DNA of 64,000 nucleotides from an uncultured Candidatus Poseidoniales archaeon (GCA_902593945.1 CACJKA010000006.1:3471-67470); one strand, 5' to 3'. Positions 40,747 through 51,076 are shown, numbered from the stretch's first letter. Numbers and translations are program-made. The notes: generated by a model from the sequence alone, not told the origin.

Positions 40747-42606
40747 TTAGAAGTCTCCACCGCCGCCACCGCCGCCACCGCTGCCACCGCTGTCAAATCC
40801 ACCGCCGCCGCCACCGCCGCCGCCACCGCCACTACTACTACTACTCGCTCTTTCAGAACGGGTACTTCCTGAACTGGATCTGAAACTTCCTCTTCTACTA
40901 CTCATGACCCTGTAACTCCAATTGTAATGATCGTAATGATCCATTTGATGAGTATCTCCCATAGTTGTAAAAGATTTTGAGTTCATAATTGGTATTCCTA
41001 GAATTAGGCTCATTTCCTTTTTCATATTTCCCGCACCTTGATTAGTTATATCGAAGACTAAATTGATGGCAGCAAAAACAGGCATTGCAACAAAAGGGCC
41101 TAAGATTGCTAAAACAAAAATAGAACCTCCAATACCAATAAAGAAATTACCAAATGTTATTTTTGATGCTTCCATTCCCCAATAAGATTCGTCATATCCT
41201 ATTAATAAAGTTACAATTATGGGTATAGTAAGTATCAATAAAATTACAGAAAAATAGTCTGATATGTTAGTTCTTAGTTGGTATACTTCATTTATCATTC
41301 TCAATTCATTATCATATTTCTCTAGACTGATTTCCTTATCTACTTGCATTAAAACATCGTCTAATTGTCTAAAGGATTTAATTTCAGAATCACTAATCCC
41401 ACTAAATTTTCCATTCCAGTTTTTTCTTATTGATGAGTTTCCTGCAAGATTACCCATTATTGCTCTATTAATTAGGGCTATATTTTCAAATGCCATGTCT
41501 TTTTTCTTTCGAAACTTAATCTTTTTAGGAATTGTCCTAGCAAATATACCAATAGATAATAAAATGAATAATGGCAATAATAAAATTATGTATAGATTAA
41601 TTTCTATCCATTCCTCCATATTGAAGCCATCATCGAGAATTGCTTTTTCAGAGTAATCTACAATCTCATGCAATAAAAAATCATCAACTTCTCCTCCACC
41701 CCATTCTAATTCTTCGTAAATTTCCCATTCTTTATCGTACATGTAATTTATCCAATCACTATTATATTCTGCTCCCATTCTAGTATAAACTTCCCAGTAA
41801 GTTCCCCATGCCGATTCATCATTCGTGATTAACCATAAAATATCGCATTCATCCAAATCATAATTCTGAAAAGCTCCATATGCATATTCATATGGGCCAA
41901 TAAAAGAGGCATTTTTTCCGCTTAACCCGTCTATGGTAATAATCAAGATAGAGCAGTTTGTATTCTTTTCAATATCATTTATCCTCAAATTAATATCGAT
42001 TTCATCCACATCAACAATTAATCCGGCTTCATCAATAATCCAGTTAGGTGATGAATCATCAGCAATTTTATTCCATTCAGGATATGTAATCTCTCCTTGG
42101 ATAACAATTTCTTCCATTCCTTCAACTGCAGCAAGTAAACCCTCGTACCATCTATCCTCGCTAAGATACGGTCTCACTCCGTAATCAAAGACCTCTTGGA
42201 CGTACGAATCCCAACCTTCGTTAGAATACCCACTTCCTAACTCAGTCCAAAATTGTCTGTCTTGTTCTGACATGAATATCAGTATCGCTTTATTCTGATT
42301 TTTGTCATCATTTATTCCGTATTCATCGAATGCAAATCTAGCATAATCCCATTTTTCCCAACCATCTGCATTATGTTCTTCATAACTTTCTATTGTTAGA
42401 ACTACAATCGGTTTTCCTGTTTCAAGATATATCTCATTGGATTTGTTATTCAGTATATTAAACTCAGAATCTGACAAAACCTCTGCTGAATCAATAACCC
42501 AGACTCCTTCTTCTTCAGGAGGAGGAGGGACGTCTGCTGCTTGAACATTAATAGATAAAAAAATACTAATTAATAGTGCAATGACAATTAGCCTGAGTTT
42601 CTTCAT
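40747..42606 (-). CDS. TPM (TLP18.3/Psb32/MOLO-1) domain membrane protein, tandem domains, Gly-rich tail
   Basis: WVIDSAEVLS...IVVLTI and a second WIIDEAGLI...ILIITI; TMs; terminal GGFDSGGSGGGGGGGDF. Confidence 0.85.
   Translation of the reverse strand: MKKLRLIVIALLISIFLSINVQAADVPPPPEEEGVWVIDSAEVLSDSEFNILNNKSNEIYLETGKPIVVLTIESYEEHNADGWEKWDYARFAFDEYGINDDKNQNKAILIFMSEQDRQFWTELGSGYSNEGWDSYVQEVFDYGVRPYLSEDRWYEGLLAAVEGMEEIVIQGEITYPEWNKIADDSSPNWIIDEAGLIVDVDEIDINLRINDIEKNTNCSILIITIDGLSGKNASFIGPYEYAYGAFQNYDLDECDILWLITNDESAWGTYWEVYTRMGAEYNSDWINYMYDKEWEIYEELEWGGGEVDDFLLHEIVDYSEKAILDDGFNMEEWIEINLYIILLLPLFILLSIGIFARTIPKKIKFRKKKDMAFENIALINRAIMGNLAGNSSIRKNWNGKFSGISDSEIKSFRQLDDVLMQVDKEISLEKYDNELRMINEVYQLRTNISDYFSVILLILTIPIIVTLLIGYDESYWGMEASKITFGNFFIGIGGSIFVLAILGPFVAMPVFAAINLVFDITNQGAGNMKKEMSLILGIPIMNSKSFTTMGDTHQMDHYDHYNWSYRVMSSRRGSFRSSSGSTRSERASSSSSGGGGGGGGGGGFDSGGSGGGGGGGGDF
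40756..40843 (-). repeat. GC-rich trinucleotide repeat encoding the Ser/Gly tail of the TPM protein
   Basis: (ccg/cca)n followed by (cta)n on the + strand. Confidence 0.85.
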
Positions 42607-42658
42607 ATCAAAGCCAATAATACTCAACTCATAAACTATTTTCCGTCATTAAAATTAC

Positions 42659-43201
42659 TTATTCGATTTTCTGAAAGAATTCTTCCAAGTCACCAATTAA
42701 TTCCTCTTCCGTACCATCATTTAGAATTACTATATCTGCTAATTCTGCAGTTGCGTTTAGAGCCTGCCCTGCATCATCTTTAGCTACAGCCTCTGCCTTT
42801 TCTTGCTCCATAAAAGTCTCTTTGTCTAAGGGATCACCAGCTCTTGCCCGACTTTGCAGTCTCTCCCATCTTGTTTCTGTATTTGCTCTAATTTCTATTA
42901 AGATAAAATCATCTCTTTTCCTCAAAGCCTCAACTTCTCCTGGGGTCCTAATTGAATCAACAACGGCATCCTTTCCATCCAGAATGTCTAGCAACATTTC
43001 TGCTAATATTCCAGCGCCACCCTTTCTTCTAAGTTCTCTCCCTCCTTCAATCAAAGCGTCTCTTGTAGGCTCAATATTTTGTTCCGCAAGCCATGCTCTA
43101 ATTGAATCAGAACAAGAAGAAGTTTCCAATCCTTTATTTGAAAACCAGTTGACAACCGTCGACTTTCCGGACGCATTTCTTCCAGTTAAACCAATGAGCA
43201 T
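42659..43201 (-). CDS. P-loop nucleotide kinase (dephospho-CoA kinase-like/UPF0200)
   Basis: IGLTGRNASGKST, VVDSIRTPGE, RWERLQSRAR, ADIVILNDG. Confidence 0.8.
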   Translation of the reverse strand: MLIGLTGRNASGKSTVVNWFSNKGLETSSCSDSIRAWLAEQNIEPTRDALIEGGRELRRKGGAGILAEMLLDILDGKDAVVDSIRTPGEVEALRKRDDFILIEIRANTETRWERLQSRARAGDPLDKETFMEQEKAEAVAKDDAGQALNATAELADIVILNDGTEEELIGDLEEFFQKIE

Positions 43202-43243
43202 GTGAGCACGCTGTGAAAGGATGGAAATAGTGATTGCCTTCTC

Positions 43244-46228
43244 TCAACCCCAATATCTACGTGTTGAAGCATACTTTAATTCAGCATTATGTATAGAACG
43301 TAGTAATCTTACTCTCTCTCCTGAAACATGACCTCTGAGAATTTTTGTTGCTGTTTCTTCTGCAATTCCTCTACCCATCATACAAATTATTGCATCCTTC
43401 CCATGAGTACGAATTAGCTCTGCATTCTTAGTCATTTTACCAGAAATTTTCGGGTCCTTGCTTTCAACCCAATCAGATAACATAGACTCCATTCTTTCTG
43501 GTGAACATGCTTGCATAGTTCCTGAACAACTAGAACAGGGGGCCACTCTTTCAGTAAATCTTGCAACTCTCTTTCTTGTTCTATTTTTACAATTTAGACA
43601 AATCAATACTGCTCTTTCGTTTACCAATCTAACTTCTAAATGATCTCTCAGTTCTTTATCTGACCAAGATGGAAGCAATAGATCTTTTTCACTTTTCTTT
43701 GATTGACCAAGAGGTCCAGGGGGTGTTTCTAATAATTTTATATCTCCATTTTGTATTTCGGTAAGTAAGTCGACAGTTGCCTCTATATCCATTCTTTCAT
43801 GGAATAATTTACTTAACGCCTCTTCAATTACTGGTGTCCCTTTCCATCTTCTCATCAAACCCTGAAGATTTACTTTGCGAGGATCAACTCCTTTTTGCAA
43901 AACTCCCATTCTTCTAGCAACTTGAACAACTCTCCATCTCACTGCTCTTCCATTTGGAATCGTCATTCGCATTAGAGAAGGTATTGCTGCAGGTGGAGTT
44001 TGTTGTAACCATCCAACGACGTCTACAGTACTTGTTCCTGGAATTTGAATGGATATTCTATAAGGGTCAATTAAGGTTCTTCCCATCTTACCTTCTTTCA
44101 ATGAACCAAATGCTTGAATTAGATATGCCAATGTTTCATTAATTTTAGATCCAGCACAAGTGTTTAGAATAATTGTTTTTTGTCTTTCTTCTATTGTTAT
44201 GGTTCTTTCATCGGGTAAAACTCCAGTAGCCTCAATATGTTCTGCAACTGTCCTAATTAATACATCTCTTGCACTAGGTGATAGTGGATATTCTTCAAAG
44301 GGAATTACAGATTCATCATTTTCAATTGCTCCAATAGTTATTCCAACAGATCTTCTTAACTTTCCAACTTCTCTAGCCACTTCTTTGGGTACTGGGGTCA
44401 ATTCTCCAGACCATACGGGAGCTTCTCCAGTTTCTTTTATTGGGGCTACTAGAAGTTCTTCTTGTTCTGGATCAGCATCAACAATTTGCCAAGTTCTACC
44501 TGCCATTACAAATCTTCTTGCTCTCCCCATTGAATCATCACTAGCATCGTTGTTAAGAGACAGAACAAATGCTTCATCTACGGAACCAAGAACCGACCTA
44601 CTTACAGCATCTCTAACTCTGTAAGAAATTTCATCAGGAATCATAGAGATATGGTCTGTTCTAGATTTAGATGCTTTTCCAGATGGAGAGAACCAACCTT
44701 TTTCAAGACTCTTGGGGAGCTCTTTGACCATTGCCTTTCTCCATTTGATTTTATCAGATTCTTTTTGTTCCTCATCCCAAGGAGGCCTTTTCTCAGGGAT
44801 ATCTTGACTACTCCTCTTCGCCAACTCTTCCCAAAGTTTCGCTGGCCATTTTGTTACATCTGATTCTTCTGGATTTTCAATAAGTCTAATTAACCAACGA
44901 TCATTTAGGACCCTCAATATATTGATACTTTTTTCATAATCCCATTCTCTGAATATTGAGCAATTTTCTATAATCTCATTAGCCTTCTGGAGTGGTACTA
45001 CTCCTCTCTCTATGCCCAATTGAATAAACTGATTAGCGGCTACAATTCCTGGATCTGTTTGCCATTCTACTCCCTCAAGTTCCGATGCCATTGCTCTTCT
45101 TGAAATTACTGCACATTCAGAAATTTCATCTAATTCCCATGCTAGAATCTCTCCTCTTCCTGTACCGCCTAGATGATGCTCAGCTCTCCCCATTCTTTGC
45201 AGTAATCTATCTACTGCTCTTGGAGATTGTAATTGATGAACTTTCTTAATAGACCCAATATCAATTCCTAATTCCAAGCTACTAGTACAAATAATTCCAT
45301 GTAAATCTCCACTCCTTAGTTTATCTTCCATTTCTTTTCTAGTTTCAGATGCGAGACTTCCATGATGTACACCAATTTTAATCTCTGGTGCTATAGCAGT
45401 TAGTCTTTGAGAAACTGTTTCAGCAGCAGATCTTGAATTAACAAACACTAGAGATGGAGAATCATCTATTAATGAGTTAGCTAGTCTCCGAAAGGCAGCA
45501 ACAGAATTGGGTGAAACTGACCATTTTACTGATAGAATATCATCTTCAGGAGATGGGATTTCTTTATGGACTAAAACATCTGTAAATCTTGGAGCAGGCC
45601 CCATTATAGGTATCGCATTATTAGCCATGTAATTAGCAACCTCGGCAGGGTTTCCAACAGTTGCAGAGAGCCCTATTCGTTGTATATCATTAGGGTTAAT
45701 ATCTGCAATACGCTCTAGTCCTACCATTAACTGAGAACCTCTTTCACTTCCAGCCAAATCATGTATTTCATCTAAAATTATAACTTTAACACCCGCAAGA
45801 TGTTTCCTTAATCTACTTCCTAGCATCATTATTTGTGTGGTTTCTGGTGTAGTAACTAATAAATTTGGAGGATTCTTTGATTGTCTTGTCCTCTCTTTTT
45901 GAGTAGTGTCTCCATGTCTTAAGCCAACAGTTAATCCAAGAGGTTCCAACATTGCAGATAACCTTCTGTCAATATCTCTGTTCAGTGCTCTTAGTGGCGT
46001 AATATATAGGATTGACAGCCCTTCCCAATTCTCACTAATTGCTCTTGAAATTACTGGCAATATTGCGGCTTCAGTTTTGCCACTTCCTGTTGGTGCAACC
46101 AATAGTCTATTTTTTCCTGCACATAAATCAATAGCCGCTTCTTCTTGAATTGGCGTTAGATTCCAACCTAACTTAGATATCAAGTCTCTAACTTTTGGGT
46201 GCAGAATTTCTATTGCTGCCCCTTCCAT
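43244..46228 (-). CDS. lhr: Lhr-type SF2 DEAH helicase with C-terminal Cys4 motif
   Basis: APTGSGKT, PLRALNRD, DEIH, LSAT, SSLELGIDIG, QRMGRAEH; CLNC...CSSC. Confidence 0.92.
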   Translation of the reverse strand: MEGAAIEILHPKVRDLISKLGWNLTPIQEEAAIDLCAGKNRLLVAPTGSGKTEAAILPVISRAISENWEGLSILYITPLRALNRDIDRRLSAMLEPLGLTVGLRHGDTTQKERTRQSKNPPNLLVTTPETTQIMMLGSRLRKHLAGVKVIILDEIHDLAGSERGSQLMVGLERIADINPNDIQRIGLSATVGNPAEVANYMANNAIPIMGPAPRFTDVLVHKEIPSPEDDILSVKWSVSPNSVAAFRRLANSLIDDSPSLVFVNSRSAAETVSQRLTAIAPEIKIGVHHGSLASETRKEMEDKLRSGDLHGIICTSSLELGIDIGSIKKVHQLQSPRAVDRLLQRMGRAEHHLGGTGRGEILAWELDEISECAVISRRAMASELEGVEWQTDPGIVAANQFIQLGIERGVVPLQKANEIIENCSIFREWDYEKSINILRVLNDRWLIRLIENPEESDVTKWPAKLWEELAKRSSQDIPEKRPPWDEEQKESDKIKWRKAMVKELPKSLEKGWFSPSGKASKSRTDHISMIPDEISYRVRDAVSRSVLGSVDEAFVLSLNNDASDDSMGRARRFVMAGRTWQIVDADPEQEELLVAPIKETGEAPVWSGELTPVPKEVAREVGKLRRSVGITIGAIENDESVIPFEEYPLSPSARDVLIRTVAEHIEATGVLPDERTITIEERQKTIILNTCAGSKINETLAYLIQAFGSLKEGKMGRTLIDPYRISIQIPGTSTVDVVGWLQQTPPAAIPSLMRMTIPNGRAVRWRVVQVARRMGVLQKGVDPRKVNLQGLMRRWKGTPVIEEALSKLFHERMDIEATVDLLTEIQNGDIKLLETPPGPLGQSKKSEKDLLLPSWSDKELRDHLEVRLVNERAVLICLNCKNRTRKRVARFTERVAPCSSCSGTMQACSPERMESMLSDWVESKDPKISGKMTKNAELIRTHGKDAIICMMGRGIAEETATKILRGHVSGERVRLLRSIHNAELKYASTRRYWG

Positions 46229-46293
46229 ATCTATATCGACAACGTTCTATCTAGAAAACCCAACGAATTAGAAATCAACTTCCATTATACAAT

Positions 46294-47478
46294 TTACGGG
46301 TGTGGAGGGATCTCGTCATCCCAATTTTCCATTTTGTTTAATGTGGTTGTTACGTTTGTTATTTCACCATCTTCCCAATAATCAACGGCTACAAATGTAG
46401 GTCTTCTATCCATAATTTCCCAACATTCGATAGTACGATTTAGTAAAAAATCATACTCATTTATCTCATGAGCCTTGTAAGGGTCTGCAGTACCAAATAT
46501 ACTACTCAACCAATGGCTTAGATGCCAAACAGGTTGACTTGAATCCCCTCTTCCCAATTCACATGTCATTTCTTCTTTATCTTGTTGACCATATGGAGTA
46601 TCCCAACTGTGCTTCCATGCCGGATGGAAATATGAATAACTCTCATTATATTCTGATTGTACGTATATCACAACGTCCCTTTCTTGCAGAATCATATCTC
46701 CTATTGAAGGCCAAGGTTCACCTAATTGATGAATAAATGCTCTTTCTAAAATTCCAGTTTGGTTAAATAAAAACTCTAGATGATCAGCAGGTACGTAGTT
46801 TTCAACTAATATGGATACAACCTCTCCACATGTAAATGAGCAACTTTCATCAGTTAAATTCATTAACGAATTAAGAAGTGATAACCATTCAAATGGATCT
46901 ACTTCAGAATACGCACATGGATGTGGAAACTGACCAGGGGAACCATGACAGAATCTTACATCTTCTGCCTCAGTTTCATCATTACTTAGATGATGTGCAT
47001 CCACCATAAATGCTCTAATTCCTCCATCCCATTGAGCTTGAAGTCCAGTATAGTGATTAGTCCCAAGAATTACACCATCTTCTGATGTAGCAAAAGCATT
47101 GTGTGTCTCAGGAAATGTAAAATTATCATAGTTTCTTAAACAGTATTTTGCCAATCCATGGCAAATAATAGTGTCATTCTGATCTAGTGGGTCAAGACCT
47201 CTTTCTGATTCCCAGTCATTCGGCAAGTCATCTCCATCTATATCCTCATCCAAAGTATCACAGATTGTATCGCCATCGAGATCATTAGGCATTTCTTCAG
47301 AATTATCTGGATTACTATTACAATCAATTTCGATTAAATTTTCCCATCCGTCTCCATCTCTATCCAAATCTTCACTATCTTCTATACCGTCATTATCCAT
47401 GTCTAGAAACTCATCCCCTATACAGCCTGAAAGAACCAAGCCAACAACAATCAGAATCACTATCCAACGCTTTTCCAT
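46294..47478 (-). CDS. Putative lipoprotein with DxDxDG (TSP3-like) repeats and a PI-PLC-like phosphodiesterase domain
   Basis: Lipobox LSGC; DxDxDG repeats; THNAF...GIRAFMVDAH...FCHG; AVDYW. Confidence 0.75.
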   Translation of the reverse strand: MEKRWIVILIVVGLVLSGCIGDEFLDMDNDGIEDSEDLDRDGDGWENLIEIDCNSNPDNSEEMPNDLDGDTICDTLDEDIDGDDLPNDWESERGLDPLDQNDTIICHGLAKYCLRNYDNFTFPETHNAFATSEDGVILGTNHYTGLQAQWDGGIRAFMVDAHHLSNDETEAEDVRFCHGSPGQFPHPCAYSEVDPFEWLSLLNSLMNLTDESCSFTCGEVVSILVENYVPADHLEFLFNQTGILERAFIHQLGEPWPSIGDMILQERDVVIYVQSEYNESYSYFHPAWKHSWDTPYGQQDKEEMTCELGRGDSSQPVWHLSHWLSSIFGTADPYKAHEINEYDFLLNRTIECWEIMDRRPTFVAVDYWEDGEITNVTTTLNKMENWDDEIPPHP

Positions 47479-47588
47479 AGTATTCCATTGGTAGCATAGC
47501 CCATCAATTAATTGGTATGATTGCATTTTTCATGTGAACTTGTTAGCGTAAGACACTAAGCCACGAAGCCTTACCCACGATTGATATA

Positions 47589-48371
47589 ATGGCTCGTCGA
47601 GATGATAGAAACTTGGGTTTTTTCGGTCGATTATGGGAAAGTCAAAGGGGAAGACATTTCCAAATTGTCACTAATGTCTCAATTTTATCCGTGGCTCTAT
47701 TAGTTTGGGGAATAATTTTTCTCTTCGGACTTTCCGGACCCACAGACCCATCCAAAGAAAATATCGTAACTTTAAGTTGGATAGGTATGTTAATTGGAGC
47801 CATTGGTACATTCTATGTTGGCCCTGAGTTCTTCTTCTATCTTGAGAAGAAACAGGTTCTCGATGATATTCTTTTGTTGGATTCACGTGCCGAAGTATTA
47901 AGGCGCCGAAAAGAAGGAGAAGAAGCAGCAATTATGCTTGGGTCAAAGCACATGAGTCTGATGCGAGGATTACTTGAACTACATGAAATACCAGTTGGAA
48001 AGAATCTGACTAATTCTCCAATAATTAAATCTCATAGCGATATCAATGTAGAAGAAAATTGGTGGAATAATTCAAACTCGGTCCTTTCACGTAAACTTCC
48101 AGGATTAGATATACTTAGAGAACTATTCTTTCATAGATTTTTAATTTTAATCACTTCATCTAGTTTAATCGCATTATTTTGGAACACTATTTTTGGTATC
48201 GCTTCCATGGGAGGCTCTAGAGATTATACAATCGATCTCACAGAGAGAATTAGTGGATTATCATCTTTCCATCACCTTGCTCCTCACATAGATCCCGTTA
48301 GTATTATTTTGATTCTTTTCTTAACTTTCATATTATATCTAACTAGGCCGTATAACTTCAAGGAGATTTAG
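47589..48371 (+). CDS. Membrane protein (DUF3198-like)
   Basis: Two pairs of TMs with a DSRAEVL...EEAAIML segment; upstream of the signal peptidase. Confidence 0.6.
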   Translation: MARRDDRNLGFFGRLWESQRGRHFQIVTNVSILSVALLVWGIIFLFGLSGPTDPSKENIVTLSWIGMLIGAIGTFYVGPEFFFYLEKKQVLDDILLLDSRAEVLRRRKEGEEAAIMLGSKHMSLMRGLLELHEIPVGKNLTNSPIIKSHSDINVEENWWNNSNSVLSRKLPGLDILRELFFHRFLILITSSSLIALFWNTIFGIASMGGSRDYTIDLTERISGLSSFHHLAPHIDPVSIILILFLTFILYLTRPYNFKEI

Positions 48372-48372
48372 T

Positions 48373-49257
48373 ATGGAAAATGACTTCAAGCTCTATCTCA
48401 GAGAGGCATTTCTTGCTATAGGGCTAGTTTTCTTATTACTTGGGTCCATGTGGTTAGCTACCGGTATGTTTCCTCCAATGGTTGTCGTTGAATCAGGTTC
48501 AATGAAACATAGCGAAGATGGTTCTCTAGGGGCAATTGATCCTGGTGATTTGGTATTGATTATGAATCCCGATAGAGTTGAAATAGTCACATACGTAGAA
48601 GCTTCTAATGAAGATAATGAGAATTTTGGATATGAAATGCATGGTATGTATGGGGACGTAATTATTTATGAAAAAAATGGAGGTTCTGATACCCCTGTGA
48701 TCCATCGAGCATTACTCAAAGCGGAAACAAACTTAACCGAAAATCCAATTCAGAATTCATGTTCAGAGGGCGTATTTGATCAGTTAGAAGAAATATGCAT
48801 TTTAACATGGGATGTTCCGGGTACTCATTTAGTAAATGTAAGTAATATTTCTTTAACATTAGATTATTCTTGCGCACCTCATGGAAATCTAACAATCGAT
48901 AAGTGGATCCCAAAACACGAAGGATATTTGACAACAGGCGACAATAGGATGACCAATGGATGTACAATCGATCAACTAAGAGCAACAAGTTCGACAGCCG
49001 ATGATTCCTATATCCAGAGTCGTGGCTTAAAGGATGAATATGGCAACCCCGTAACTGCTGTGAGAGATGTTTGGGTAGTGGGAGTTGCTTCATCTGAAAT
49101 TCCATGGGTCGGAGCAATCAAACTTTTTTTCTCTGGAACCTATGATTTTGTATCTCCACAAACTTGGAATTATCTGTTTACGTTGATTGCAGCAGTAGTC
49201 ATTATTCCAATGGTTTATGATATGTTAATATTCAGAGAAAGCGAAGAAGAAGAATAG
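48373..49257 (+). CDS. Signal peptidase I (S26, archaeal Sec11-type)
   Basis: VVVESGSM, GDLV, PVIHR, TTGDN, IPWVG. Confidence 0.9.
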   Translation: MENDFKLYLREAFLAIGLVFLLLGSMWLATGMFPPMVVVESGSMKHSEDGSLGAIDPGDLVLIMNPDRVEIVTYVEASNEDNENFGYEMHGMYGDVIIYEKNGGSDTPVIHRALLKAETNLTENPIQNSCSEGVFDQLEEICILTWDVPGTHLVNVSNISLTLDYSCAPHGNLTIDKWIPKHEGYLTTGDNRMTNGCTIDQLRATSSTADDSYIQSRGLKDEYGNPVTAVRDVWVVGVASSEIPWVGAIKLFFSGTYDFVSPQTWNYLFTLIAAVVIIPMVYDMLIFRESEEEE

Positions 49258-49263
49258 AATATT

Positions 49264-50805
49264 TTAGTTTAACATATTAGCTAATAGTATTGGGAATAAG
49301 ACAATTAAAAGTATAATTATACTACTAAAACCACTTACTCGATTAGCTATTTTTTCAACTCTTAGAGGATTCATATTTTTCCCAAAGAATTTTATTACTG
49401 AGTGGGTAGAATCTCTAGTGATTTGCCCGCCATCAAAGGGTACCATAGGTATTAAGTTAGCAAAACCAAGTATGAAATTTATCCATGCTAACCAGAATAA
49501 GAAATCAAAAATAGCTAACATGCCGCTAGTCCCTATTATTGAAGCAATAATTCCATCTCCTGATTCAAGTAAATCTCTCTCTTCTAGTGGCATAGAATGA
49601 CCCTCTAATCTTATTGGCTCACCCAATAATTCTAATGGCTTGAATACGAAAATGACAGTTCTGAGGAGAGGATTTAGATCTTCAGTAGATGACAACTTAT
49701 ATCGCTCGACTGCACTAGTTCCAGAGGAAATTCCACTAACTCCGAGAAAAGCATTCCCTTGTTCTATACCATTTCCATTCAAGAAAGTAATATAATCTTC
49801 CATACACTGTTCTTGACTATCACAATCCTCCTCAAACCAAGTAGGAATTCCTTGAGAAACGTAGTAATCCAGTTGATCGGTTAGTGTTACAACAATTTCT
49901 CTTGTTTCTCTGTCCCCCATCTCATTTTTTCTAGACATAACAGATAAATTCATTTCATCTCCTGCGGATTTAGAATCCATAATTTCTGTGAAAGAGTCAT
50001 AATCCGGGACATGTATTCCATCAAGGTGAGTAATTATTTCATACGGCTCTAATCCCGCTTCCTCAGCACCACTATCTACAATAATACCCTTTGCATGTAG
50101 TCCAGGTTCAGAAGCTACAAATCCTGAGGCCGTGCATGATAGTAAAAGTATCACGATATATGTTGAAACAATATTTATCGAAGGTGCAGCAGCATAAATT
50201 CGCAATCTTTCTCTCCTAGGTGCTCTAGTCATTTCTTGAATTTCCGGTTCGAAAAATGCCCCCATAGGCAAAGGACCTAGTAGTAATAATCCGAAACTTT
50301 TTGCTCTCATTCCATGAACTCTTGCTTGTATTGCATGGCCGTATTCATGAATAATTACCGCCATAATTAGTGCGATTACTGGCCACCAGAAAGGAACAAA
50401 ACTCGTTACACCTGGAATTAATAATAGATCTTTAGCAGGAATTGCCTCTTCCGGTGGTGAAAATGCACTTGCTACAGCGGTTAAAATCAGAAGAAGGATT
50501 ACTCCAAACATTACTATGAAACATAACCATATTGAGAATTCTCCAAAACCTCTCCAAAATCTTCTGTATTTTGAGATCTTTTCAAGAAAAATTCTTCCTT
50601 TTTTTGTTCTAATCATCAAAATGAAACCCAAAACTCTTGTTGCATCCCAGTTATCTAGAGTTCCATTATTTTCTAGAATAATTAATACGGAGTACCAAAT
50701 TATCATAATTATGGCACCCCATATTGGTAGCCCTAGAAGATAAAAAAAGTAGATTGAAATCATTGGTAAAAGATGATTCATAACCGACCCCTCCTCATCT
50801 TGCAT
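49264..50805 (-). CDS. Site-2 protease (M50) with PDZ domain
   Basis: HEYGH, NLIPMVPFDGG, SGAEEAGL...IITHLDG. Confidence 0.93.
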   Translation of the reverse strand: MQDEEGSVMNHLLPMISIYFFYLLGLPIWGAIIMIIWYSVLIILENNGTLDNWDATRVLGFILMIRTKKGRIFLEKISKYRRFWRGFGEFSIWLCFIVMFGVILLLILTAVASAFSPPEEAIPAKDLLLIPGVTSFVPFWWPVIALIMAVIIHEYGHAIQARVHGMRAKSFGLLLLGPLPMGAFFEPEIQEMTRAPRRERLRIYAAAPSINIVSTYIVILLLSCTASGFVASEPGLHAKGIIVDSGAEEAGLEPYEIITHLDGIHVPDYDSFTEIMDSKSAGDEMNLSVMSRKNEMGDRETREIVVTLTDQLDYYVSQGIPTWFEEDCDSQEQCMEDYITFLNGNGIEQGNAFLGVSGISSGTSAVERYKLSSTEDLNPLLRTVIFVFKPLELLGEPIRLEGHSMPLEERDLLESGDGIIASIIGTSGMLAIFDFLFWLAWINFILGFANLIPMVPFDGGQITRDSTHSVIKFFGKNMNPLRVEKIANRVSGFSSIIILLIVLFPILLANMLN

Positions 50806-50887
50806 AACACGTGGTCAAGACCCCCCATTCTTCAACTTGTGTTCTTTATTACAAAAATGACTTCAAAGATAAGCCTCTCGGAATTGC

Positions 50888-51076
50888 ATGGTTGAACGTG
50901 ATTCAGAGGATATCAAGAGCAAAAAACGTCAACTTGATATCATCAGAAGAGAAAGGGATAGTATCCTGCGTTTGTTAAATCAAGCTAGGTTGGCAAATCT
51001 GAACAAAGAAGTAGAAAATCTGATTCAAGAATTCGATAGACTTGATGCGGTTCTCTCAGAAGAAGACTCATATTGA
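50888..51076 (+). CDS. Small helical/coiled-coil hypothetical protein
   Basis: 62-aa ATG ORF in an otherwise empty gap, protein-like charged helix; overlaps the 3' end of hjc. Confidence 0.45.
   Translation: MVERDSEDIKSKKRQLDIIRRERDSILRLLNQARLANLNKEVENLIQEFDRLDAVLSEEDSY

Noticed and set aside
40756-40843. GC-rich repeat as ncRNA, CRISPR or mobile element end
   Set aside because: It encodes the typical Gly-rich tail of TPM proteins; there are no spacers or terminal repeats.
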